Shown piece after piece: positions 38,450-48,051 of a DNA stretch of 64,000 nucleotides. Numbering within the stretch: the first letter of the stretch is position 1; each line of letters begins with the position of its first letter. This DNA comes from an uncultured bacterium (GTDB lineage: Bacteria > SAR324 > NAC60-12). Location of the stretch: assembly GCA_964010765.1 (NCBI GenBank), contig CAXGMD010000003.1, forward strand, positions 4,212 to 68,211, in the 5' to 3' direction. The notes beneath the pieces are model-generated. The model was not told where the DNA came from. It saw nothing but the letters and a program-made list of their open reading frames with translations, and searched no databases. The position numbers and the translations under genes are program-made.

Positions 38450-38800
38450 TCACCGAAGTTGACCATCGACATACCTTTGTTGCTCCGCACAGGTATTGTT
38501 AGAGATACAGTCTTGCCAGTTTTGGCCATCAGCCTTCATCACGTCACCGGCAACACCAAAAAAGAATACTCCGAGCAAAACAGTAGAAATTAGCAGTAAG
38601 AACCAGACGTATTTTTTCTCAAAATTGAGATGCATGAAGTAAGCGGCGACGTAATAGGTCTTTACGAGCGCAATTCCGAAAGCAGTCAATAGCGTGAGCC
38701 ACGGAATTCCTAGCTCTGGTCCAATGATACTGACCACCAAGAGTACTAAGAGAAGTACCCAAATCTTTACATAATTTGGATGTGCGTGTGCTCCAGCCAT
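38450..38800 (-). CDS. Cytochrome c oxidase subunit IV (CtaF/CyoD-like)
   Basis: YVKIWVLL, AYFMHLNFE; start set at MAGAHAH 2 nt after upstream stop. Confidence 0.85.
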   Translation of the reverse strand: MAGAHAHPNYVKIWVLLLVLLVVSIIGPELGIPWLTLLTAFGIALVKTYYVAAYFMHLNFEKKYVWFLLLISTVLLGVFFFGVAGDVMKADGQNWQDCISNNTCAEQQRYVDGQLR

Positions 38801-38802
38801 AT

Positions 38803-39396
38803 TCACTTTGCGATGTAGAGGAGTGGGAAAAGGAAAATCCAGACGATATCGACAAAATGCCAATACAGCCCGATCAATTCAACCCTGTGTGGGTTGAAGC
38901 CTTTCCTGAGATCAAAGGAGATCAAAGCCATAATGACCATACCTCCGATCACATGCAGGGCATGTAGTCCTGTTGCCGTATAGTAAAAAGACCAATAAGT
39001 ATTGGTCAAAGGCGTCTTCAGCAGCTCTGGATCATCAGTGAAAAGTTTTGAGGAATATTCATAATATTTGACCAGCAAGAAGACGAGGCCTCCACCAATT
39101 GTGTACCAGATAAATTTAAATGCCCGGTCAAAATCCTTCTTCTCTGCAGCGTCGTGTGCCAATACGATGAAAAGGCTGGAAGTCAGCAGGACGAATGTAT
39201 TAAACGCACCTGCTGGAACTTTCGTAAAAACAGCTTCTCCGCCCCACCAAGGATTATTTAGTCGGTAAAGAATGTAGCAAGCAATCAATCCACCAAAAAT
39301 GAAAATCTCTGAGGCTAGTAGCCACCATACCGCGAGTCGTCCGGTTGGGATTCCAGTTGCTGAACGGCTGGTTGCCAAAGGTCCTTGCATAGACAT
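38803..39396 (-). CDS. coxC: Cytochrome c oxidase subunit III
   Basis: WWLLASEIFIFGGL, NTFVLLTSS, TGLHALHV, GLYWHFVDIVWIFLFPLLY. Confidence 0.92.
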   Translation of the reverse strand: MSMQGPLATSRSATGIPTGRLAVWWLLASEIFIFGGLIACYILYRLNNPWWGGEAVFTKVPAGAFNTFVLLTSSLFIVLAHDAAEKKDFDRAFKFIWYTIGGGLVFLLVKYYEYSSKLFTDDPELLKTPLTNTYWSFYYTATGLHALHVIGGMVIMALISFDLRKGFNPHRVELIGLYWHFVDIVWIFLFPLLYIAK

Positions 39397-39451
39397 AATG
39401 ATTTCTCAGAAGGTCATTCAGGGGAGAAACAAAGTTCTCCCTTGTTTATAA

Positions 39452-41167
39452 TCAGTTGCGATCGGGCATATTTTGAGGCCAGTAGTCTTCCTTATTACCA
39501 GGGACACTGTATTCATAGGGCCCACGATACACAGTAGGAAGTTCTGCAAAGTTGCCGTGGGGAGGAGGCGATGGAACTGTCCATTCTAGTGTATTAGATT
39601 TCCAAGGATTCGCTGGAGCCTTCTCTCCTTTGAACATGCTTACGAAAAAATTGTATGCGAAGACGAATTGAAATAACAGCATGGTCACCATGGAAACCGT
39701 TGCAAAGACACGGATTCCTTGTAGATCAGCTGTAGCCAAGTCTGGAAAGTGCTGAAAATTATAAATTCGTCGATGCTGTCCAGCCATTCCAACTAGGAAG
39801 AGAGGTAAGAATATACCATTGAAAGGAATGATTGTACCCCAGAAGTGGATCTTACCCAGCGTTTCATCCATCATTCTTCCAAACATTTTTGGATACCAGT
39901 AGTACAAGCCTGCGAACATCCCAATGATCGCAATGGGGAAAAAGGTATAGTGGAAGTGTGCGATTACGAAATAACTGTCATGAAAATAGATATCCAAGGC
40001 ACTAGAACCAAGGTAGATTCCTGTGACACCACCAAGCAGAAAGGTAATTAAGAAACCCAGTGCCCACAGCATCGGGGTTCGGAATTCAATTGACCCTCCG
40101 TAAAGCGTAGCTATGTAACTGAATAAAATTTCGGCGATAGGAATTGAAATCAGCAGGGTTGTAACGAGGAAGATGTTTGCCATGCGAGGGTCAATTCCAG
40201 CAATAAACTGGTGGTGGGCCCAAACAACAAATGCCAGTCCACCTGTTGCGAAGGTAGTGTAGAGAATTGTCTTGTAGCCAAAGAGTTTCTTGCGAGCAAA
40301 GGTTGTCATGATCTCAGCGACGATACCTAGGGCTGGAAGCAAGACCACATATACCTCTGGGTGACCAAAAAACCAGAATAAGTGCTGCCAAAGTATTGGA
40401 TCACCACCCCCAGAAGGCACAAAGAAGGTGGTACCAATTCGCTGGTCCATCAGAAGCATGATCGATCCAGCTATCAATGGACCAACTGAAGCCATGAACA
40501 TGATCGAAGCCAATACAATCATCCAGACTACCATGGGAATGTCGGTCATCCGCATTCCTGGCGCACGAGCGTTCATCGAAGTAGTTACAAAATTAATCCC
40601 TCCGATCAGGAACGCCACAAACTCAAGGGCGACAGCAATCAACCAAAGTGAGGCTCCCCAATCCGTCAGGTTGTATTCGGCGACTGCTGATAAGGGGGGA
40701 TAAGAAGTCCAGGCTCCGCCAAATCCTCCACCTTGTACGAAGAAGGACATGAACAGGACCACTACACTGAGTAGAAAGATTTGGAAGGATAAACGATTCA
40801 GTCTTGGAAAGACCATATCGTCGCAGCCGATCATCAGTGGGATCAGGATGTTTCCGAAAGCGGCGATGAGTACAGGCATCGCTACCCAGAAAATCATGAT
40901 TGAACCATGGTTGGTGATCAGCATGTTGTATTCTCCCGGTCCGACCGTGCCATAGAGCGGGACTTCCATGCCTGGGAAGGCTAACTGCATACGGAAGGCA
41001 TAAGCGAAATACCCTCCGACAATTGCCATGAACATTCCCGTAAACATGTACTGCAACCCAATGATCTTGTGATCAGTAGAGAAGAAGTACTTCATCATGA
41101 AGCTTTGTTCGTGATGGTCATGTCCGTGAGCGGCATGACTATCATGGGTGACCGTCGTCTGTCCCAT
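39452..41167 (-). CDS. coxA: Cytochrome c oxidase subunit I, type A1
   Basis: STDHKIIG (D channel), NHGSIM, FWFFGHPEVY (A1 Glu), WAHH, AHFHY. Confidence 0.97.
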   Translation of the reverse strand: MGQTTVTHDSHAAHGHDHHEQSFMMKYFFSTDHKIIGLQYMFTGMFMAIVGGYFAYAFRMQLAFPGMEVPLYGTVGPGEYNMLITNHGSIMIFWVAMPVLIAAFGNILIPLMIGCDDMVFPRLNRLSFQIFLLSVVVLFMSFFVQGGGFGGAWTSYPPLSAVAEYNLTDWGASLWLIAVALEFVAFLIGGINFVTTSMNARAPGMRMTDIPMVVWMIVLASIMFMASVGPLIAGSIMLLMDQRIGTTFFVPSGGGDPILWQHLFWFFGHPEVYVVLLPALGIVAEIMTTFARKKLFGYKTILYTTFATGGLAFVVWAHHQFIAGIDPRMANIFLVTTLLISIPIAEILFSYIATLYGGSIEFRTPMLWALGFLITFLLGGVTGIYLGSSALDIYFHDSYFVIAHFHYTFFPIAIIGMFAGLYYWYPKMFGRMMDETLGKIHFWGTIIPFNGIFLPLFLVGMAGQHRRIYNFQHFPDLATADLQGIRVFATVSMVTMLLFQFVFAYNFFVSMFKGEKAPANPWKSNTLEWTVPSPPPHGNFAELPTVYRGPYEYSVPGNKEDYWPQNMPDRN

Positions 41168-41192
41168 ACTTTCTCCTAAAACACTTCTTGGT

Positions 41193-41960
41193 TTAGAAGC
41201 TGCTGAGCAGCTTATCTGTGAAGGATTCGCTATTCGATGCCGTGCTGACTGTCATCTTCTGAAGTCGTTTTTGATAATCACTTTCGTAAGTTCGGTTGCG
41301 GATCGATTCCATAGCAGCATCATAGGACTGCTGGTCCTCATGAACTACGATTGTTGCACCCATAATTCCGTGACCATATCCACAAATTTCTGCGCATTGG
41401 ATATCATATATGCCTGTCTTATTGGGCTCAAACCAGCCCGTGATTGTACGGCCAGGAATCGTGTCCTGCCGCAATCGGAAGGCCGGAACAGAGAAATTAT
41501 GCAGCACATCACGAGATTCTAGTTCGAAGTGATAGACTGTGTCTTTCTTCACATGCAGATCATTGACGGTAGATATATCATCTTCGGTATCCAGCTTACC
41601 ATCAGGGCCTGAGTGGATAAAGAACCAACTCCACTGCTGCCCCACTACTCGAATCTTATCCTCTGCCTGAGGCAAGGTTTGCTTCACATCCACCCAAACC
41701 ATTACCGTAAAAACGATAATAACTACGTCAAGTGCGATCACGGAGTAGTGTGGATAGTGCGTCCATTTCTTCTGAGAATGTGGATCACCTGAGATGTAAG
41801 CGGCTCGCACACCTTCTTTTCGTCGGAAACGAACCATGAAATAGGTCATCACTGCCAATACCATCACGAACCAAAAGCCCACAATGACCGTGATCATATC
41901 GAACAGGAAATCTATGTCGCCAGCATACGTTGAAGCACCAGGCACAAAATATTCAATCAT
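41193..41960 (-). CDS. coxB: Cytochrome c oxidase subunit II (CuA), no fused cytochrome c
   Basis: Two TMs, DVLHNF, CAEICGYGHGIM CuA motif; no CxxCH. Confidence 0.95.
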   Translation of the reverse strand: MIEYFVPGASTYAGDIDFLFDMITVIVGFWFVMVLAVMTYFMVRFRRKEGVRAAYISGDPHSQKKWTHYPHYSVIALDVVIIVFTVMVWVDVKQTLPQAEDKIRVVGQQWSWFFIHSGPDGKLDTEDDISTVNDLHVKKDTVYHFELESRDVLHNFSVPAFRLRQDTIPGRTITGWFEPNKTGIYDIQCAEICGYGHGIMGATIVVHEDQQSYDAAMESIRNRTYESDYQKRLQKMTVSTASNSESFTDKLLSSF

Positions 41961-41969
41961 TTTAACTCC

Positions 41970-42071
41970 CTACAGCACATACAAGATAACGGCTATGATG
42001 AATAGCGCACACCCCGCAGCCACGAGTCTGAAGGCTTTACTGGCCAACTCGTCGCTATCGAGTTTTTTCAT
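41970..42071 (-). CDS. 33-aa single-TM small protein between ctaB and coxB (absent from ORF track)
   Basis: MKKLDSDELASKAFRLVAAGCALFIIAVILYVL; purine-rich RBS upstream; its TAG abuts the GGAG RBS of coxB. Confidence 0.7.
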   Translation of the reverse strand: MKKLDSDELASKAFRLVAAGCALFIIAVILYVL

Positions 42072-42092
42072 GATATGATCTTCCATCCTACC

Positions 42093-42995
42093 TCATAGAA
42101 ATATTCGATCCAATGTCAACACCACACACCAGGCAGGCAAATAAATGATTGATGCGAAAAACACCTTTCTCGCATTCTGCTCATTGCGGTGCAGCCAGAA
42201 TTGAAGAGTTGGCATCAAGAAACCGACTCCCAAGAGTGTAGCAACAACAAGAAAGAAAGGTCCTGCCTGTTCAAACCAGAATACGGAAGCACTGGCTAGA
42301 ATCAGTAGGGCGGTATGCAGTACCATGTGTACTGCAGTCAAGCGCCCATCTTCATCAACACTAGAGAGCATCCGGAATCCACCTTTACGGTATTCGTCCT
42401 GATACATCCAAGCGATGGCGAAAAAATGTGGCATCTGCCACAGGTAAAGTACTGCAAAAATTGGGAGTGCTCCCCACTCTAAAGCTCCGGTTGCTGCGCT
42501 CCAGCCCATCAGTGGAGGCAGAGCTCCGGTTATGGCACCAACCCAAGTGTTGGCAACCGTTTTTTGCTTCAATGGAGTGTAGAGCAAAAGGTATGTCAGG
42601 TGCGTCGCAGCACCCAAAAATGCCGTAAGCCAGCCGGTGAATGCGAAAAGATAGCTAAAACCAACGATGCTTAGCGTAGCTCCTAATAGGATGGCTTCTT
42701 CTTCGCTGACTCGCCCCGTTGGGATCGGACGCTGACAAGTCCTGCGCATGCGGCCGTCCTGCTCACGCTCAAACCACTGATTGAGTACATGCGCACCGCC
42801 ACCAATCAGAAGTGTACCAAGAATCAAGTGAAAGATTTTAGTGGGATCGCTGGTAACTCCGGGCAGGTAGTATCCCATCATCGCACTCAATACCACCATG
42901 CCCAATAAACGTGGCTTGCAGAGGGTCCAGTAGTCACCCAGGCGACTACGCCACTGATCAATGGGGGAGAGGAAGGTGATTGACTTAGTTCTCAT
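42093..42995 (-). CDS. ctaB: Protoheme IX farnesyltransferase (heme o synthase)
   Basis: LCKPR, LNQWFEREQDGRMRRTCQRPIPTG, YTPLKQ, GALPPLMGW, WQMPHFFAIA. Confidence 0.95.
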   Translation of the reverse strand: MRTKSITFLSPIDQWRSRLGDYWTLCKPRLLGMVVLSAMMGYYLPGVTSDPTKIFHLILGTLLIGGGAHVLNQWFEREQDGRMRRTCQRPIPTGRVSEEEAILLGATLSIVGFSYLFAFTGWLTAFLGAATHLTYLLLYTPLKQKTVANTWVGAITGALPPLMGWSAATGALEWGALPIFAVLYLWQMPHFFAIAWMYQDEYRKGGFRMLSSVDEDGRLTAVHMVLHTALLILASASVFWFEQAGPFFLVVATLLGVGFLMPTLQFWLHRNEQNARKVFFASIIYLPAWCVVLTLDRIFL

Positions 42996-43331
42996 AAAAT
43001 CCCTAGAGGTTTTTCAGAAATTGGATTACACAAAACCGGTGCGCTTCTCGCAAGATAAAAAACCAACTCTTTCTACTTTTCATAGAATCAAATATTCTAA
43101 TTTCACTTTTTTAATTTTAGCAGCGGTTAGCAAATTCGCAGTTTTTTGGCGATGCCCAATTTTTATCTGGAACTTCCGACCGCAAGCTGGAGAAATAAAG
43201 GAAGCTTTTTCCATAGACAGATTTTCCAAATCATTCTCGATCCTTTATCTTCTGCGGCATCTGTACCGAAACTGATTTACTCCCAGTCAGAAATATGAGG
43301 ATTATCAAGTGAGCAACAAGGAAAGGTAATC

Positions 43332-44048
43332 ATGAAATTCAAGGTTGTTTCGGCTGATGCAACAGATTCATCACAATCCAGTGACGATCCAAGAGTTCGT
43401 ATTGAAGGATTGATTGAGACTAGCCCAGTTTTTCTATTCATGAAAGGCACCCCTGAAGCCCCACAATGCGGATTTTCCTATCGCGTCTGTGAAGTCCTAC
43501 GAGGATGGAACGTGCCATTTCGTTCCTTCAATGTTTTAGCAGATCCTGATATTCGACAAGGCATCAAAGAGTTCACAAACTGGCCTACCATCCCTCAACT
43601 CTATGTAAATCAAGAATTTGTTGGTGGGTGTGACATAATAGAGGAACTCTCACAATCAGGTGAACTACGAGAATTACTGGAAGAAGCGTATCCTGAGCAA
43701 AACTTTGAGCCTCCTCCTCCTCCTGCCCAAGTTCAGGCCATTTCGCCTACACAAGCCAAGCAAATGCTGAAAGAAAACCCCGAGCTAACGGTACTGGACA
43801 TTCGTGAGCCTGACGAGCGAGAATATGCAAAGCTGGAACGGTCTCAAGTACTAGATCACAAGCTCGCTGATGAAATTCTGAACCAATGGGATGCGAACAC
43901 TCCCCTGCTGCTGATGTGCCACCGCGGTATCCGGAGTATGGAAGCTGCACAATTTTTTATTTCCCGTGGTTTTCAACAGGTTTTCAATATTGATGGTGGC
44001 ATTGACCGTTGGTCTGACGAAGTCGATTCCAGTATTCCACGCTACTAA
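43332..44048 (+). CDS. Monothiol glutaredoxin (CGFS) fused to C-terminal rhodanese domain
   Basis: FMKGTPEAPQCGFS, WPTIPQLYV, GGCDI; PPPPP linker; LDIREPDE, MCHRGIRS, NIDGGIDRW. Confidence 0.92.
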   Translation: MKFKVVSADATDSSQSSDDPRVRIEGLIETSPVFLFMKGTPEAPQCGFSYRVCEVLRGWNVPFRSFNVLADPDIRQGIKEFTNWPTIPQLYVNQEFVGGCDIIEELSQSGELRELLEEAYPEQNFEPPPPPAQVQAISPTQAKQMLKENPELTVLDIREPDEREYAKLERSQVLDHKLADEILNQWDANTPLLLMCHRGIRSMEAAQFFISRGFQQVFNIDGGIDRWSDEVDSSIPRY

Positions 44049-44066
44049 GTATCTTCTGAAAACAAA

Positions 44067-44444
44067 ATGAACTCACCTACAATCGAACTGACACCGAGAG
44101 CAGCTGAGATTTTTCGAGAAGCTTGTTCAGCAGAACAGAAAAGCCTAGCAGAATCCCGTCTGCGCATTGGAGCCAAGCCCGGGGGTTGCTCCGGCTATAA
44201 ATACGAATTGGAATGGAACGCCGCTACAGATCAACTGGAGAGCGATCTTCTGCTTGAATCACAGGGAGTCCAAATTCTGGTTGATCAGCTCTGCCTAGAA
44301 GAGGTTCTCGGTCCTCTAAAGATTGACTACAGTGACGCCAACCTTGTTGAGCAGGGATTCGTATTCATTCAGCTCAGTAGCGGGCGCCAATGTGGCTGTG
44401 GAGAGTCATTCACTCCAGTTCGTGACCTCCCCGCTTATGCCTGA
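44067..44444 (+). CDS. A-type Fe-S carrier (IscA/HesB family)
   Basis: GGCSGYKY and CGCGESF, three conserved Cys. Confidence 0.88.
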   Translation: MNSPTIELTPRAAEIFREACSAEQKSLAESRLRIGAKPGGCSGYKYELEWNAATDQLESDLLLESQGVQILVDQLCLEEVLGPLKIDYSDANLVEQGFVFIQLSSGRQCGCGESFTPVRDLPAYA

Positions 44445-45063
44445 TTTACTTGAACTGATCGCCAGCGGGACCTGCTTTGGTCTTTTTGTCTACAAGTGGA
44501 TCATCATTATTGCCGTTGTCCTAACATGGGTCAGTGCAGATCCCTACAACCCCTTCGTGTCATGGATCAACCGAGTCACTCGGCCTTTCTGGTATTGGTG
44601 CGAAAGATGGTTACCGCTCACCATGAGGCATTTCAGCGCCTACTTTTCTCTGCTACTGGTAATTTTTGGACAGGCGCTCATTCCAGCGTCTGTCCGTTCG
44701 ATCAATCTTTTTCTGCAGGGAATCATTGAAGTCGATGCTTTGGCACTTCAGTTTGGTGGGCATATCATCCAGTCTACTAGTATCATTGCCCAAAGTGTTT
44801 TCTTCTTCTTCATGCTGATCTTAGGTTTTTGGTTCTTCCTGACCCTGATCAATCCTGCTTACAACAATCCTATTGTTCAGGTCCTCCATACTTTGGCAGA
44901 TCCGCTGCTCTCTCCACTACAACGTTATCTTCCTCGAATGCGCTTCGACATCTCTCCCCTAATTGGTGTGGCGCTCTTCTATCTACTCAATGCCTATCTT
45001 GTACATCCTATCGCCTTCTACGGTGGGATGCTCTCCCAACCCGTCCAACTCTGTGTCTACTGA
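44437..45063 (+). CDS. YggT family membrane protein, tandem duplicated domain
   Basis: TWVSADPYNPFV..INRVTRP and TLINPAYNNPIV..LADPLL..RFDISP; start moved to ATG 44437. Confidence 0.85.
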   Translation: MPDLLELIASGTCFGLFVYKWIIIIAVVLTWVSADPYNPFVSWINRVTRPFWYWCERWLPLTMRHFSAYFSLLLVIFGQALIPASVRSINLFLQGIIEVDALALQFGGHIIQSTSIIAQSVFFFFMLILGFWFFLTLINPAYNNPIVQVLHTLADPLLSPLQRYLPRMRFDISPLIGVALFYLLNAYLVHPIAFYGGMLSQPVQLCVY

Positions 45064-45129
45064 CTCTCCAGAAAAATGGTCGAATTTTTGAAAGGATTAT
45101 AGCAGACGTCAACCCAAACTGACTGAGCT

Positions 45130-47886
45130 ATGAACCTTTCCCAACGCCTGCTTTCTACCCTACTGATCTGCCTTGGTATCAACCTCCCTTTCTCGACAGT
45201 ATTGGGACAAGAAAGTTCACTTACACAGTGCTCTGTGGAAAAACGTCGTGAATTGCGACTGCAGGGTTTACTGGACGATGTCATTGCCTGGCGTTGTGGT
45301 GATTTTCCAAAAGCTCGCATTCTAGCTCACTTGGAGAAATCATCCGTGCTGGAGGGAGATGAGGGAACCAACATCACAATTCAGCTAAACCGCCAACCTG
45401 CCTCCTCCGTCCGAATCAGCTTACGTAGCGCGCTGGATGATGAAGTAATTCTGGATGCAGACGAACTAACCTTCACTACAAGTGACTGGAATCACCCACG
45501 ACACATTTCTGTCAAAAGTATTGATGACGATATTGCAGATGGTGATCGTGCAGTAACCTTACAACTTGCTGTAGCTGCTACCGAAGATACTCGCTTCCGA
45601 CAGGCTGCCCCTGTTGGTCTTGTCCTACAAAGTTTGGATAACGATCTAGTTGATTGGTCCGTAACTCGCCAACCTGGTCGACTACAAGAGGGAGGGGCTC
45701 CAGTCATATATGAAATCTCCCTACTCAGTCGCCCTATGCAGCCTATCACTTTACGGGTCGACAACAAGCATCCTGACTTCATCCGGGTTGCTCCAGATGA
45801 AATTCAAATTACTCCTGACAGCTGGCCTAAACCTGAATTACTTCGGGTCCAGGCAGTTGATGATCCCTTTGATAATCCAGATCGTCCTGTAGAAATTCTT
45901 GCTTCAGTTAAATCAACCACAGATCAAAGCTACCTCAAGCTTCCTCCACTTCGCTTACAACTGCTGGTTGAAGATGACGAAAATCCAGGAATTGTGATCA
46001 ATCCAGAAAGAGGGGTAACAACTGAGGCAGGAGCCCAAGCCAACTTTGACTTGAGATTGCGAAGCCAGCCGCGCAGTCCAGTCCAGTTGAAAATTGAGTC
46101 TTCAGACGATACGGAAGGAAAAGTCTCTTCTCAGGAAATGCGCTTCACAGCTGCCGACTGGGATCGTACTCAGCAAGTAGTCGTAGAGGGACTTGACGAC
46201 CTGCAGCGCGATGGTGACCAATCCTACGAGTTATCAATTACAATAGATTCAACGGATGAGGCCTATCAGCAGCTATCCGCCCTTCAAATTCCCTTGATCA
46301 ACAGTGACGATGACATCGCTGCGTTGGAGTTGGAGAGCAGCTCAGACCAGATCAGTGAAGAGGGTGAAAGTTCTGAGATATCCATTCGACTACTTAGTGA
46401 ACCAAAGGGAGAAGTAATTGTACAACTCTCTCTGGATAAAGCCGATGAAGCTACACTATTTCCAAACTCACTCACCTTTGACAAAAGTAACTGGAACGTC
46501 CGTCAACGGCTGCTGATCGTTGGCAAAGATGATAATTTGGCAGATGGTGACCAAACCGTGACTGTTTTTGTGAGAGTACTTGGGAACAGTCCAGAGTACG
46601 TTGCACTGGCATCCCAACAACTCACTCTAACTAACCGTGATGATGATATCGCAAGCATTCTGATCCGAGCACCCGAACGGCTCAGTACCAGTGAATCTGG
46701 AACTATTGACCACTTTGAAGTGCTATTGCAGAGTAGACCCGAGGCTTCGGTACGTATTCCTCTGCGCACCTCTCAGCCAAACGAAGTCAGCATCAATCCA
46801 GAGGCAATCGTCATCCAACCCGAAGACTGGGACCAACCTCAGCGAGTAACCATCCAAGGTTTAGACGATGAACGATTGGATAGTTCTCAATTTTTCTTGA
46901 TAAATATTCTACCTGCTGAAAGTAACGATCAGCTTTACCAAGGTTTGGACGCAACAGATTTGGTTGGCACTAATGAAGACAATGACCAACCAGGCATACT
47001 CACTTCAACAGGAAACCTACGAGTAAGCGAAAGTTTCGGTGAAGACCAACTAAAGATCCGCCTGAATAGCCGTCCTAATGAAGCAGTACGTATCCAACTA
47101 AAGTCATCTGCTCCAGATGAATTCTCTGTGCTACCAGAACAACTGATTTTCACCCCGGAAGACTGGAATCTTGAACAGAGCGTGACTGTTCGTGGCCTAC
47201 CAGATGAGGTTGCAGAAGCTAGTTCAACCTACCAGCTGTTGGTTTCCGTTACGCAGGGTGAAGAAAACTACAAAGGGTTGGACACTATTGAGGTCATTGT
47301 TGCTGTTGAAGACCAAACTCCTGAACTACCACCAACGATGATCAGAGCCATGAGTGGCCTACAATATGTTGCTCTTGCGAGTCGAATGCAACGTGGTGAG
47401 TACTCAGAAACAGGAACAGATTTGAATCTCAGTGGACAAAGCCAAGGACTATACTACAACCATCATTGGGCCTCTCACCTAACGGCTGGGGTTGCCCTAG
47501 AAAGAGCAGAATTGACTGGGAAGAATCACACCCAGAATCGTAGTGTTGCAATTGAATTAGAAGAATACAGGCTGCAGGCGTCCGGAGGCTACGCTTGGTA
47601 TTTTTCGCCCGAATGGAGACTACAACCAGAACTACGCCTCTCCTACAATTTTCTATCTGCTAAACGGACAGAGGAAGACTCCAACCAACGCCTTGAAGAA
47701 ACATTGGATGGTGGAATTTTTACAGGTCAGTTTGGTTCCGGCCTGCACTATTTGGCAAATGAAACCTTCTTTGTTGGTGCAGGTATCTACCTTGAACCTA
47801 ATAAGGTTTCTCTGGGATTCGCTGATGCAAATGGAAATTATAACATTATCTGGAGCAGTGAGTTCATGGTTGGGCTCCAATTCTGA
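45130..47886 (+). CDS. Surface/envelope protein with six acidic Ig-like (Calx-beta/cadherin-like) repeats and C-terminal beta-barrel
   Basis: Signal peptide; six FTxxDWxxxQxVxVxxxDD-like units about 110 aa apart; amphipathic C-terminal ~180 aa ending in F. Confidence 0.8.
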   Translation: MNLSQRLLSTLLICLGINLPFSTVLGQESSLTQCSVEKRRELRLQGLLDDVIAWRCGDFPKARILAHLEKSSVLEGDEGTNITIQLNRQPASSVRISLRSALDDEVILDADELTFTTSDWNHPRHISVKSIDDDIADGDRAVTLQLAVAATEDTRFRQAAPVGLVLQSLDNDLVDWSVTRQPGRLQEGGAPVIYEISLLSRPMQPITLRVDNKHPDFIRVAPDEIQITPDSWPKPELLRVQAVDDPFDNPDRPVEILASVKSTTDQSYLKLPPLRLQLLVEDDENPGIVINPERGVTTEAGAQANFDLRLRSQPRSPVQLKIESSDDTEGKVSSQEMRFTAADWDRTQQVVVEGLDDLQRDGDQSYELSITIDSTDEAYQQLSALQIPLINSDDDIAALELESSSDQISEEGESSEISIRLLSEPKGEVIVQLSLDKADEATLFPNSLTFDKSNWNVRQRLLIVGKDDNLADGDQTVTVFVRVLGNSPEYVALASQQLTLTNRDDDIASILIRAPERLSTSESGTIDHFEVLLQSRPEASVRIPLRTSQPNEVSINPEAIVIQPEDWDQPQRVTIQGLDDERLDSSQFFLINILPAESNDQLYQGLDATDLVGTNEDNDQPGILTSTGNLRVSESFGEDQLKIRLNSRPNEAVRIQLKSSAPDEFSVLPEQLIFTPEDWNLEQSVTVRGLPDEVAEASSTYQLLVSVTQGEENYKGLDTIEVIVAVEDQTPELPPTMIRAMSGLQYVALASRMQRGEYSETGTDLNLSGQSQGLYYNHHWASHLTAGVALERAELTGKNHTQNRSVAIELEEYRLQASGGYAWYFSPEWRLQPELRLSYNFLSAKRTEEDSNQRLEETLDGGIFTGQFGSGLHYLANETFFVGAGIYLEPNKVSLGFADANGNYNIIWSSEFMVGLQF

Positions 47887-48051
47887 ACAAAACAAACCCC
47901 GTGAAAAAACCTACTCGCTTCATTCACAGATTTTACATACGTCTGTCTGAGCACAAAAATATCGTGTAAACCCTACCTTAGCTGACTCCCTTCGAGCAAA
48001 TCATCTTATTCTTCGGCAATACCCAGGTAGCTTCTCAATATAGCGCATCAA

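Noticed and set aside
39420-39443. Hairpin GGGAGAA/TTCTCCC between coxA and coxC as terminator
   Set aside because: No U tract on the coding strand; at most an intercistronic stabiliser.
43169-43200. GGAACTT sigma-E -35 box
   Set aside because: No matching -10 at the expected spacing.
42961-43275. 104-aa ORF in the ctaB/grx intergenic region
   Set aside because: Overlaps ctaB start, AT-rich promoter DNA, no RBS or motif.
43332-44444. Selenocysteine versions of Grx, rhodanese or HesB
   Set aside because: All active-site positions are Cys codons; no in-frame TGA.
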